Part shown: one piece after another, positions 40,819 to 50,722 of the stretch | How positions within the stretch are numbered: the stretch's first letter is position 1 | Layout of the letters: each line of letters begins with the position of its first letter | Translations under genes and position numbers: made by a program | Assembly: GCA_963815115.1 (NCBI GenBank) | Contig: CAWFFN010000009.1 | Location: forward strand, 1,088,001 to 1,152,000 | Source of the DNA: an uncultured delta proteobacterium | GTDB lineage: Bacteria > Desulfobacterota > Binatia > DP-6 | DNA length: 64,000 nt | Direction of reading: 5' to 3' | Notes under the pieces: generated by a model | What the model saw: the letters and a program-made list of their open reading frames with translations, nothing else | What the model was told of the DNA's origin: nothing | Databases searched by the model: none

Positions 40819-42381
40819 TCAGATCGCTCGTCCCGTGCCCTCCCAGTAGCGGTCGCGCAGCAGGCGCTTCATCAGCTTGCCGGTGGGTGCGCGCGGGAGC
40901 TGCTCCTCGAAGTCGATCGAGCGCGGCACCTTGTAGCCGGCGAGGTGCCGGCGAACGTGGGCCATCAGCTCCTCGGCCAGGGCCTCCGACGGCGCGCGGC
41001 CGGGCACGAGCTCGACGGCGGCCTTCACCTCCTCGCCGAACTCCTCGTTCGGCACGCCGAAGACGGCCGCGTCGGCCACCGCCGGGTGCGTGACCAGCAC
41101 GCTCTCGATCTCGGCCGGGTAGATGTTGACGCCGCCCGAGATGATCATGTCGATCTTCCGATCGCTCAGGAAGAGATGGCCGTCCTCGTCGAGATAGCCG
41201 ACGTCGCCGAGCGTGCCGACGCCGGGCTCGCGGTGCGCTGCCTGCGTCTTCTGGGGATCCTTGTGATAGTGGAAGTCGGCGCCCGATCGGTTCCTGAAGT
41301 AGATCTGGCCGGTCTCGTTCGGCGCGGCGAGCGTGCCGTCGTCCTTCACGATGAAGAGCTCGACCATCGGCGTTGCACGACCGACGCTGCCGGGCTTGCG
41401 CAACCATTCCTCGCCGCTGATCACCGTCAGGAACCCGCCCTCCGTCCCGCCGTAGTACTCCGTGATCCTCGGTCCCCACCAGGCGAGCATCTGCCGCTTC
41501 ACCTCGGGCGGGCAGGGGGCCGCGCCGTGCACCGCGGCCACCAGCGAGTCGCCGCGGAACGCGGCCCGCGCCTCGTCGGGAAGCTTCAGCATGCGGATGA
41601 ACTGCGTCGGCACGAGGTGGAGGTTCGTCACCCCGTGGCGGTCGATGAGCTCGAGCGTCTCCGCCGGATCGAAGCGGTGCCGCATGACCACCGTCTGACC
41701 CACACCGAGGGGCAGCATGGAGAACGCCCACTGCGCGCTGTGGTAGCCAGGTCCGCAGAGCAGCGCCACGCCTTCGGTCGGAAGGCCGAGGAGCGCGAGC
41801 CACATCTGTGTCAGGGTTGCCATGAAGCCCGGATCGGCTCCCTGGGGCAGGAGCGAGCTGCGCACGCCCTTCGGAAAGCCGGTGGTGCCCGACGTGTAGA
41901 ACATCGGACCGCCCGCCTGCTGATCGGGCGGCTCGTCAGGAGAACCCGACGCGAGCAGCGCCTCGTAGGAGTCGAAGCCTCGAGGCGGATCGTCCGTCAG
42001 CGCCACCCGCAGCCGGCACCGTGCGCTCTCGGGGGATTGCAGGGCTTCGGTCGCGACCGGCAGGAAGCGGTCGTCCACGATCAGGGCCACGGCGTCGGAG
42101 TTGTCGAGCACGTAGGCGAGCTCGCGCGCCACCCAGTGCCAGTTGACCGGCACCACGAAGAGACCGGCGTGCAGCCCGGCCGACATGACCTCGAAGTACT
42201 CGCGGCGGTTCCCGGAGAGGAGCGCGACGGTGTCGCCCGCGCGCAGACCGGTGCCCCGCAGCGCGTCGATCAGGCGGTTCGTGCGCTCCTGGAGAGCGTC
42301 CCAGGTCGTCGTGCCGGTCTCGTCGATCAGCGCCGGGGCCCCCGGCTTTCGCTCCGCGGTCCCGGCCAGGAGGCGCGCCAT
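40819..42381 (-). CDS. Acyl-CoA synthetase (AMP-binding)
   Basis: YTSGTTGFPKGV, HGAAPCP, EYYGGTEG, GDVGY, DRKIDMIISGGVNIYPAEIE, PTGKL. Confidence 0.95.
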   Translation of the reverse strand: MARLLAGTAERKPGAPALIDETGTTTWDALQERTNRLIDALRGTGLRAGDTVALLSGNRREYFEVMSAGLHAGLFVVPVNWHWVARELAYVLDNSDAVALIVDDRFLPVATEALQSPESARCRLRVALTDDPPRGFDSYEALLASGSPDEPPDQQAGGPMFYTSGTTGFPKGVRSSLLPQGADPGFMATLTQMWLALLGLPTEGVALLCGPGYHSAQWAFSMLPLGVGQTVVMRHRFDPAETLELIDRHGVTNLHLVPTQFIRMLKLPDEARAAFRGDSLVAAVHGAAPCPPEVKRQMLAWWGPRITEYYGGTEGGFLTVISGEEWLRKPGSVGRATPMVELFIVKDDGTLAAPNETGQIYFRNRSGADFHYHKDPQKTQAAHREPGVGTLGDVGYLDEDGHLFLSDRKIDMIISGGVNIYPAEIESVLVTHPAVADAAVFGVPNEEFGEEVKAAVELVPGRAPSEALAEELMAHVRRHLAGYKVPRSIDFEEQLPRAPTGKLMKRLLRDRYWEGTGRAI

Positions 42382-42469
42382 GCCCCGGACCTATCGTCGA
42401 ACCCGATCGGTGGTCAACGCCCTCGCGGAGCTTGCAGTTTCTCCGCCCGAGCCGTAGCCTCCGACGACC

Positions 42470-43627
42470 ATGAAGCACGACGCCATCCGGGACAAGATCG
42501 CCATCGTCGGCATGGGCTGCTCGAAGTTCGGCGAGAACTGGGACAAGGATCCGCAGGACATGATCGTCGAGGCGGCGTACGAAGCCTACGCCGACGCCGG
42601 CCTCGAGGATCCGCAGCGCCAGATCGAGGCCGTCTTCTGCGGCGCCCAGTACCCGTCGAAGGGCACCGCCGAGGTCGCCGACGCGCTCAAGCTCTACGAC
42701 CGCCCGGTGAGCATGGTCGTCAACTACTGCGCCACCGGCACCGACGCCTTCCGCTACGGCGTGTTCGCGGTCGCGTGCGGCATGTACGACACCGTGCTCG
42801 TGGTCGGCTTCGACAAGCCGAAGGATCGCGGGGTCTCGGGCCCCAGCGTCGCCGTGACCGGCGTCCGCGGCCTGCCCGCCACGCCCGCCGGCTGGTTCTC
42901 GCTCTGTGCGGCGCAGTACTTCCAGACCTACGGCGCGGGACGCGAGGACCTGGCCCGCATCGCCGTGAAGAACCACCACAACGGCACGCTCGCGCCGAAG
43001 TCGATGCTGAAGCGCGAGATCACCGTCGACGACGTGCTGAACGCGCGCATCATCTCCTGGCCCTTCGGGCTGTACGACTGCGCGGCCCAGTCGGACGGCG
43101 CCGCCGCGGCGATCATCACGCGTCGCGAGCTGGCGAAGGGGTTCCGCGACGACTTCGTGCTGGTGCGCGGCATCGGGATCGCGCTGTCACCCAACCCGCA
43201 GGAGGATCCGAGCTTCGACTTCCTGCGTTGGAAGGCGAGCGAGATGGCCGCCAGGCAGGTGTACGCGCAGGCCGGCATCACCGACCCGCGCAAGGAGATA
43301 CACGTCGCCCAGGTGCACGACTGCTTCACGCTGACCGAGCTGCTGGCGTACGAGGACCTCGGCTTCTGCGACAAGGGCGCCGCCAAGGAGCACATCGCGA
43401 GCGGGACGTTCGCGCTCGACGGCGAGCTGCCGGTGAACACCGACGGCGGGCTCAAGACGTTCGGCCATCCCACCGGAGCGACCGGCGTGCGCATGATCTA
43501 CGAGAACTACAAGCAGCTCCAGGGCAAGGCCGAGAAGCGCCAGGTGAAGAACGCGACGGTCGGGCTGAGCCACAACATCGGGGGCGCCCCCCAGGCCTGC
43601 GGCATCTGCATCGTCGCGATGCCGTAA
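42470..43627 (+). CDS. SCP2-type thiolase / acetyl-CoA acetyltransferase
   Basis: AIVGMGCSKFGE, NYCATG, AVKNHHNG, SDGAAA, VHDCFT, VNTDGGLK-FGHPTGATG, HNIGG. Confidence 0.93.
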   Translation: MKHDAIRDKIAIVGMGCSKFGENWDKDPQDMIVEAAYEAYADAGLEDPQRQIEAVFCGAQYPSKGTAEVADALKLYDRPVSMVVNYCATGTDAFRYGVFAVACGMYDTVLVVGFDKPKDRGVSGPSVAVTGVRGLPATPAGWFSLCAAQYFQTYGAGREDLARIAVKNHHNGTLAPKSMLKREITVDDVLNARIISWPFGLYDCAAQSDGAAAAIITRRELAKGFRDDFVLVRGIGIALSPNPQEDPSFDFLRWKASEMAARQVYAQAGITDPRKEIHVAQVHDCFTLTELLAYEDLGFCDKGAAKEHIASGTFALDGELPVNTDGGLKTFGHPTGATGVRMIYENYKQLQGKAEKRQVKNATVGLSHNIGGAPQACGICIVAMP

Positions 43628-43662
43628 CGACGTACCGGGCGACACGAGCACCTCGGCCCTCG

Positions 43663-44346
43663 ATGGTGAATCCGGTCCTGGAGCGTCTGTACCGGGAGAA
43701 CGAGGTCGTGCATCGCAACGGACGGCGCATGCGCGTCGTCCCGCCCGGGATCCTGCCGCAGCGCGGCGAGTACCTCTTCCGGCTGGTGCGCGAGCGGCGG
43801 CCGGTGACCACCCTCGAGACCGGATTTGCCTACGGCCTGTCCACGCTCTTCATCGCCGAGGCGCTGCGCCAGAACGGCCGGGGCGGGCACATCGTCATCG
43901 ACCCCAACGAGCGAACCCGTTTCGACGGGCTGGGCCTGGCGCACGTCGAGGAGGCGAACCTCGGCCCCTGGGTGACCTTCCACGACGAGCCGTCCGAGGT
44001 GCGCCTGCCGAAGCTGGTCGAGCAGGGAGTCCGGCTGGACCTGGCTTTCGTGGACGGCCATCATCTCTTCGACTACGTCGTGACGGACTGCCTCTTCATC
44101 GGTCGAATGCTGCGCAAGGGCGGCCTGCTGGTGATGGACGACACCAATCTCCCGGGTGTGGCCCGGGCGTGCGACTTCTTCGCGGCCAACCGGCCCGATT
44201 TCGAGGAGCTCACGGACGCATCGCGTCCCGGACTGCTGCGGCGACTCGTCGAAGGGACGATTCCGCCGCCTCCCAAGCTGTTCCGCTTGTTCCGCCGCAT
44301 CGCGGATCCGGATCCACGCGATTGGGATAGCTTCGTCCCGTTTTGA
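43663..44346 (+). CDS. Class I SAM-dependent methyltransferase (Methyltransf_24-like)
   Basis: TLETGFAYGLS, IDP, DLAFVDGHHLFD, LRKGGLLVMDD. Confidence 0.85.
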   Translation: MVNPVLERLYRENEVVHRNGRRMRVVPPGILPQRGEYLFRLVRERRPVTTLETGFAYGLSTLFIAEALRQNGRGGHIVIDPNERTRFDGLGLAHVEEANLGPWVTFHDEPSEVRLPKLVEQGVRLDLAFVDGHHLFDYVVTDCLFIGRMLRKGGLLVMDDTNLPGVARACDFFAANRPDFEELTDASRPGLLRRLVEGTIPPPPKLFRLFRRIADPDPRDWDSFVPF

Positions 44347-45776
44347 ACGACCAGGAGGGAACTCCGGCGATTGCCCGACCGGCCGCCCGGGCGTTGCGCG
44401 CGAGCGCGGTCGCCTCACGGGATGGCGCTTCAGCCGACACGCTCGGCTCCGGCCTCGGCATGCTGGAGACGACGTGGACGCTGGCGTGGCCCGCGATCCT
44501 CTCGTTCTCCCTCGAGTCCATCGTGTCGCTGTGCGACCTGCTGATGGTCGGCCACCTGGGACCGGCCTCGGTCGCCGCCGTGGGTGTCGGCGTGCAGATA
44601 CTGAACGCGCTCAACACGACGCTCTTCGCCATCGGCACCGGGACGATGGCAATCGTCGCGCGGCACGTCGGGGCCGCGGAACGCCGGCCGGCCGAGGAGA
44701 CGCTACGGCAGTCGATCGTGGCAGCCGGCCTGAGCTCGGCGCTTCTCGCCCTTCCGATCGCGGTCTTCGCGCGGCCGCTGATCGGGGTGTTTCGCGTCGA
44801 GCCCGCCGTCGTCGAGGAGACGGTGCGCTTCCTGCGGGTGGTGCTGGCGTCGGTGCCGGCCGTTGGCGTGGTCTTCGTGATCGCCGCCAGCCTGCGCGCC
44901 GCCGGCGACACGCGCACACCGCTCGCCGTCGGCGTCGTGGTGAGCGTGCTGAACGTCGTCCTCGGGTTCATCCTGATCTTCGGGCGGCTCGGCCTCCCGG
45001 CGCTGGGGGTGCGAGGCGCCGGGGCGGCGACGGCGATCGCCTTCACCGTGGGCGCGTTCCTCGGCCTCGCGCTGCTCGCCCGCGGGCATCTCCGCCTCGT
45101 CGTGCGCTGGCCGGGGTTCCGGTTCCACGGCGCCGTGGTGCGCCGGGTGCTCCGCGTGGGGTATCCCGCCGCGCTCGAGCAGCTCCTGATGCAGCTCGGG
45201 TTCTTCACCTACGTGATCTTCGTCGCTCGCTACGGCACCGGTCCGGTGGCGGCGTACTTCATCAGCGCGCGCGTCCTGGCGCTGTCGTTCCTTCCCGGAC
45301 TCGGCTTCGCCGCGGCGGCCGGGGCACTGGTCGGCCAGTACCTTGGGGCGGGCCGGCCCGACGAGGCCGAGCGCAGCGGCTGGGCGGCACAGCGCCTCGC
45401 GCTCGTCATGATGTCCGCCGCCGGCGCCTTGATCTTCGTCGCGGCGGCGCCCATCGCCGGCCTCTTCGTCGACGATCCCCACGTGATCGAGGATGCGGCG
45501 TCGTTCATCCGCGTCCTGGCGGTCTGCCAGCCGCTCATGGCGGTCGATTTCGTGATGGGCGGTGCGCTGCGCGGCGCCGGCGACACCCGCTTCCCGCTGC
45601 TCACCGCCATCGTCGCCTTCTGGGTGTGCCGCCTGGGAGCGGCGTGGCTGGTGACGCACGTCCTCGGGCTCGATCTCTTCTGGCTGTGGCGCGTCGTCAT
45701 CCTCGACTTCGCGGCACGCGCATCGCTCAAGGCGTGGCGGTTCCGCGCCGGGACGTGGCGGCATGCGCGCGTGTAG
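44343..45776 (+). CDS. MATE family efflux transporter
   Basis: LAWPAIL, DLLMVGHLG, LRAAGDTRTPL, GVRGAGAAT, LRGAGDTRFP; start may be 44460. Confidence 0.92.
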   Translation: MNDQEGTPAIARPAARALRASAVASRDGASADTLGSGLGMLETTWTLAWPAILSFSLESIVSLCDLLMVGHLGPASVAAVGVGVQILNALNTTLFAIGTGTMAIVARHVGAAERRPAEETLRQSIVAAGLSSALLALPIAVFARPLIGVFRVEPAVVEETVRFLRVVLASVPAVGVVFVIAASLRAAGDTRTPLAVGVVVSVLNVVLGFILIFGRLGLPALGVRGAGAATAIAFTVGAFLGLALLARGHLRLVVRWPGFRFHGAVVRRVLRVGYPAALEQLLMQLGFFTYVIFVARYGTGPVAAYFISARVLALSFLPGLGFAAAAGALVGQYLGAGRPDEAERSGWAAQRLALVMMSAAGALIFVAAAPIAGLFVDDPHVIEDAASFIRVLAVCQPLMAVDFVMGGALRGAGDTRFPLLTAIVAFWVCRLGAAWLVTHVLGLDLFWLWRVVILDFAARASLKAWRFRAGTWRHARV

Positions 45777-45848
45777 AAAGCCCACCCGAGACTTCGTCTC
45801 GGGGCGGTCTCCTGGCGCGACACCACCGGGGCTTGCTAGGGTCGGTGC

Positions 45849-46556
45849 ATGACGCTCGATCTCCGGCGCGCGCTCGACCTCACCACGTCCTTTGCGGCCA
45901 CGGTGGCGCGTCTCGGAACCGGCATGGCGGTGGCGGGAGCGGGGAAACGTCCCGCCGAGCCGCTCGCGCTGTACGAGTTCGAGGCCTGTCCCTTCTGCCG
46001 CAAGGTGCGCGAGGCATTGTCGGTCCTCGACCTCGACGCGATGGTCTATCCCTGCCCGAAGGGCGGTCCGCGCTACCGCGAGGAGGTGAAGCGGCGAGGC
46101 GGCAAGGCGCAGTTCCCCTATCTCGTCGACCCCAACACGGGGCAGGCGATGTACGAGTCGACCGACATCGTGCGCTACCTGTGCACGACGTACGGCGACG
46201 GCACCGTGCCGTGGGCGCTCGGCCTCGGCCCGGTGACCGACGCGACGGCGATGCTCGCCTCGACGTGGCGGATCGGGCGGGGACAGGCCTACCGGCGTGC
46301 CCGCGTCCCCGAGCAGCCGCTCGAGCTGTGGAGCTTCGAGGCGTCGCCCTTCTCCCGCCTGGTGCGCGAGGAGCTCTGCTGCCTCGAGCTGCCCTACCGC
46401 CTCCACAACGTCGCCAAGGGCAGTGCCAAGCGCGAGGCGTTCGTCGCCCGCTCGGGCAAGATGATGGTGCCGTACCTGCTCGATCCGAACACGGGCACGG
46501 CCATGTTCGAGTCGGCCGACATCGTGCGCTATCTCGACACGACCTACGCGATGTAG
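45849..46556 (+). CDS. Tandem GST-N/glutaredoxin-like domain protein
   Basis: LYEFEACPFCRKVRE...PYLVDPNTG-MYES and a second copy FEASPFSRLVRE...PYLLDPNTG-MFES. Confidence 0.9.
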   Translation: MTLDLRRALDLTTSFAATVARLGTGMAVAGAGKRPAEPLALYEFEACPFCRKVREALSVLDLDAMVYPCPKGGPRYREEVKRRGGKAQFPYLVDPNTGQAMYESTDIVRYLCTTYGDGTVPWALGLGPVTDATAMLASTWRIGRGQAYRRARVPEQPLELWSFEASPFSRLVREELCCLELPYRLHNVAKGSAKREAFVARSGKMMVPYLLDPNTGTAMFESADIVRYLDTTYAM

Positions 46557-46834
46557 CGCACTGCTAGGTACACGACCGCTGAGACGCGATTCCATTGTCA
46601 GAGTGTGCCAGGGTGCGCTTCAATCCATTCCGTCACAGCGTGAGAAGGAGCGCGAAGTACCCGACCTGCCAACGCTCTCGCGCTCGCGTACTAGCTGCCA
46701 AGTCATCTGGGCTCGGATCGTGCTGTCCTCGTGACATTCGCCTCACTGAACCCCAAGCATATTGCCACCACATCTAAGCTAAGATATTAGCGGTACGCGC
46801 CTCAACGTGCGCAGATCCTAGAAAGGAGACGGCC

Positions 46835-47464
46835 ATGGCGTTTACCGTTGATAGTGTCCCCGTATCCCAAGCGCAATTTGACGCACAGGCCAAGTTTATC
46901 CTCTACACGAGCGCAACCGTGGCTGCAGGAGACGTGACCGGCTTTACGACTGACACCCTCCTGCAGGCGTGGCTGGCGAGTTTGGGAGGACGGTATGTGG
47001 CGGACTACCAGGAGTTACAGGGTCTTCGCGCCCGCGCTCTTTCATCGACAGCGAACGACGATCTCGTCTGTGAGGTTCACCGATTCGAAGTGACTGATGC
47101 CATACAGAGATGCTATAGGGCCCTGGGCCGGCATGGAAAATCGGCGTCCGACATCGCGACGCTTCTTGGCAACTACGACCCCGTGCTTGGTCCCCCTGGG
47201 AACACGGCATGGCTCTACAACCAGCCGAACTACAAGGGCCGCTGCGTCTCCCTGAGCGGAGGCTGGGCGTATCCAAACCTGAACCATTTTGATTTCGAGG
47301 ACAAGGCATCGGCGGTCGTTGTAAGCACGGCTACTATTTTGTTTGAGGATCGGAACTATAACAAGAATAACCCAAACGCGAAATGGGTGATCCTCTTCAA
47401 TCCCCCCGCGGTCCCGGACCTGGGGGACTTCAACAACAAGGCGTCTTCGGCGATCGTGCTTTGA
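46835..47464 (+). CDS. Protein with C-terminal beta/gamma-crystallin domain
   Basis: RBS AAAGGAG; WLYNQPNYKG...FEDKASAVVV and LFEDRNY...FNNKASSAIV Greek-key motifs. Confidence 0.75.
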   Translation: MAFTVDSVPVSQAQFDAQAKFILYTSATVAAGDVTGFTTDTLLQAWLASLGGRYVADYQELQGLRARALSSTANDDLVCEVHRFEVTDAIQRCYRALGRHGKSASDIATLLGNYDPVLGPPGNTAWLYNQPNYKGRCVSLSGGWAYPNLNHFDFEDKASAVVVSTATILFEDRNYNKNNPNAKWVILFNPPAVPDLGDFNNKASSAIVL

Positions 47465-47487
47465 GGCACGGAGATGTCTAGGGCAAG

Positions 47488-49546
47488 TTGAGTCTCGCTA
47501 TCGAAGTCAGGCGGCGCGCGGTTCGTGCGAAACAAAGGCAGCACGGCGGCCGGGAGAAGCTGTGCGAGGCCGGTGTCACGCGGCGGTCCTTTGTGGGTTG
47601 CTTGCGAAGTGCTCCTGGGCGGCTGCTCATTGCCCTGGGTTTCGTGGCGCTCCTTCCTTGGAACGGAGCTTCGACGCCTGGACAGATCGGCTACGTCGCG
47701 AACGGAGAGGGATCGATCTCGGTGTTCGATTCGGAGACAGACGAGGTGGTGAAGACGATCCCGATCCCGGTTGATGGCCCGTTCGCCAACCTATCGCTAC
47801 TGCTCTCGCCGCAGGACAGACGTTTGTTCGTGCTGGTCAAGGAGAGCAGCGCGCTGGAGGGTCGGCCAGGGAACGAACGGCGGTCCGTCTCTTTGATCGA
47901 CACGGCATCGCACCGCGTGATCGTCACGACAACCATAGGACCCGGAGGATCGCCTTTGGCGCTGGCGATCGGCGACCTCGAGGACCTTCACTTGAGTGGC
48001 GATGGTACGCGATTGTACGTAGCCATCCCAATCGCCTCGGGGCAGCCCGGAGGGCTTGAGGGTTTGTTGTTGGGTTTGGATCCGACTGACTTACACGTCT
48101 TGTCGTCGATCCCCGTCGCGTTTCCCGGCTTGGGTCCGGGTCTGCTCTTTCAGCCAACCTTGGCGGCAAATCGCGGGCGGCTCTACTCGGTGACTCCCGA
48201 GGGCAGTGTTGCGGTCGAGGATGCAGCCACGGGCGCCCTCGTGGCAGACATCCCCCTCCCTCCAGAGATCACCCAGCCGGTAGGAGCGCTCTCCGTGGAG
48301 GGTTTGGTACTCTCGCCTTCTCAGGCGCATCTCGCTGTCCGCGATGCCCTGGTGGATCTTGAAGCCAACCGCCTCATGGGGCGGGTCTCCGATGGTTCCC
48401 CGGATGAACCACTCCTGGCGCGTTTCTCGGCGGACAGCGCGACCTTCTTTTCACTGATAGGCGGGCTCTCGTTCCAAGGCTGCGGCCGTGGGGATGATCC
48501 GGTGGCTCTCACTCTTGCCGCGATCGATGTCGCGAGCTTCAAAGCTATCGCGCGAGTATCTCTCGGTGAGGCCCAGCCTGGTATCTCGGCCACATCGTCG
48601 CCGGTTGGTAGTCGCCTTGCAGTCGTGGTCAGGCGGTGCACGACGGCTCCGCAGGAATTGGTCGTCGTCGACGTGCCAGACCGAAGGGTGACGCGGCCCG
48701 TACGAGAGGCGACCGGCCCGACGGCCGACATATCCGAGATCGCACAGAGCCCGGACGGAAGCCGGATGGTCTTCGTCGAGACGTCGCCGGTGCTGCACCG
48801 TCGGAATGGAAAGGTCCAGCCAACATTGCAGTCCGATCTGCTGGACGTTGATGTGGAGCATGGCGTCCTGGACCGTAGCGTCGACCTCGGTGACTTCACG
48901 CCGTCGACGTTGGGCCAGGGCATGGGAGCGCGCCCTGGAGTCTTTACGAGTGATGGTCAAAAGCTCTATCTGATCGGCCAACGCGGCCTCTTGGGAGCGA
49001 CACAGGTCAAGAGCCTATCGTCGACTCGCGGCCTTGGCAGGGTCTCGGGCGGAGGCCTGAGGCCTCAGCAGATCCCTTCTCGGCGATCCGTGCACCAATG
49101 CGGAAGGATGCTTCTGTCGGACCGACACAGACTGCGACGACGGGAACCCGTGCACCGTCGATTCCTGCGAGGAGGAGCGCCGGTGCCTGAACGTGCCGAG
49201 CCCGTGCATCACTGGCATCGAATGCCTCGCAGGGAACGAGCGCGTCGTCTCCTGTCTCACTGCGGCCCAGCGGCGTCGTTCGGTTCGAGTGCAAGAGCGC
49301 CTGAGGGTAGCCGACGCGGCCGTTCACGGCGGCGATGGCGATCGTGCCCGAGGCATCCTCGCTGAAACGGAAGGCGAGGTGAAGCGGCTCCTGGCGATCG
49401 CGATAAAACGCACGAACGTCGATTCGGCGGTGAACCGGAACGAGCTCGAGTGCAATGTCATCCTCTTTCAGCGGCAGCTGCTCATTCTCCAGCGCCTGCG
49501 TAAGGTTAGGCAAAATCTCGCGGAGTGTCAGCAGTCCGGACCATGA
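47488..49546 (+). CDS. Secreted YncE/YVTN beta-propeller with Cys repeat and helical C-terminal domain; split by one extra base at ~49075
   Basis: GYVANGEGSISVFDSETDEVVKTIPI, SVSLID, DGTRLYV; next frame GDPCTN...DCDDGNPCTVDSC... ends in an ATGA overlap with the barrel gene; start uncertain. Confidence 0.7.
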
Positions 49547-50700
49547 GAGGAATAGCCGCCGGTGTCGCCGTCACGATGGCAATTACCATGGTGGTCGAGC
49601 GGGCGACCGCGGCATCCTTGGCGACGCAGCTCGATGATCTCCTGACGCATAAGGGATTCCAGCAGGTCGATACGATCGTCCCCACACTGGTCCGGACGGT
49701 GGCGCGAAGCGCCGACTTCCCGATCGCCGCGACCGGTCCGGACTTCGCCTACGAGTACCGTCCCGAAACTGGCACCTTCGAGCGAAGCGCGCGACCGTTC
49801 AACCCAGTCCTCATCGAGGTACCCCAGACCCTGGGTCTGCATGTTCTCCAGATTGGGATATCGATGCTGTGGAGCGGTTTCAATCGGCAGGACGGTGGAC
49901 TTCTCAGGAACACGAAAGCGGGGTTTACGTTCACCGGAACGACGCCGGAGAACGAAACCGTTCCCATTCCCGGCAACTTGACCTTCAACGACTTCCGTAT
50001 CGAGGATTTCGTTTTCTCCGGGGTCGTGACCTACGGGATCACCGAGCGATGGGACGTCGGGCTGGTCGTGCCGGCCGTGCTCACGACGTTGAAAGCGCAA
50101 GGTCGAAGCACGGTACGCATCGCTGGAGAGAACCTTCTGGTCACGCTCGACCGCTTCGATATCGACGATTCGAAGCTCGGGGTCGGAGATGTGCTTCTTC
50201 GAACGAAGTACGCGCTCGACCCGCTCTGGGGTATCACGTTCGCCCCCGTCTTCGTCTTGCGTCTTCCCACCGGGAATCCGAACAACTTCCAGGGTATCGG
50301 TGACACGACGCTCACGCCGGGGGTCGCGGCAATGCACTCCGGGGAGAGAGTGGGATTCTACGCGGACGCTGGATTCGAGTTCGATGCTGACGACCTCAGT
50401 CGAAGTGCGTTTCGATACGGCATGGCGCTGTCCGTTCGTATCCTCAAGTATGCGTCGATCATCGCCGAACTCACGGGTAAATCGACGGTGAGCGACGATA
50501 CATTCTCTGTTCGACTTGCAGGGACGTCCAGGGAGCTGCCAGCGAGTATACTAAGGAGCGACATCGTCAGCGGTGCCGTGAGCGTCAAGGCGCGGGTGCT
50601 ACCAGGCTGCGTGGCCTACGCGGGCGCGCTGTTCCCCCTCACGAAGGACGGCGTCACCACACCGGTGACCCCCTTGGCTGGTCTAGAGTTCCACTTCTAG
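49543..50700 (+). CDS. Outer-membrane beta-barrel (MetA-pathway/'transporter'-like), paralog 1
   Basis: Signal peptide; YGITERWDVGLVVP, GVGDVLLRTKY, LRLPTG, terminal GLEFHF beta-signal. Confidence 0.8.
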   Translation: MRGIAAGVAVTMAITMVVERATAASLATQLDDLLTHKGFQQVDTIVPTLVRTVARSADFPIAATGPDFAYEYRPETGTFERSARPFNPVLIEVPQTLGLHVLQIGISMLWSGFNRQDGGLLRNTKAGFTFTGTTPENETVPIPGNLTFNDFRIEDFVFSGVVTYGITERWDVGLVVPAVLTTLKAQGRSTVRIAGENLLVTLDRFDIDDSKLGVGDVLLRTKYALDPLWGITFAPVFVLRLPTGNPNNFQGIGDTTLTPGVAAMHSGERVGFYADAGFEFDADDLSRSAFRYGMALSVRILKYASIIAELTGKSTVSDDTFSVRLAGTSRELPASILRSDIVSGAVSVKARVLPGCVAYAGALFPLTKDGVTTPVTPLAGLEFHF

Positions 50701-50722
50701 GTCCGTCGACCATTCACGCGCC

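Larger units (their letters stand above)
46560..50700. other. Lower-GC accessory block (crystallin protein, beta-propeller, beta-barrel)
   Basis: Abrupt rise in A/T and A/T-ending codons after 46556, returning to high GC at ~50710 (judged by eye). Confidence 0.6.

Noticed and set aside
40761-40820. GCCTAAC...GGCTGCAGCCG, attC-like
   Set aside because: No matching GTTAGGC end and no integron integrase in the window; at most a degenerate remnant
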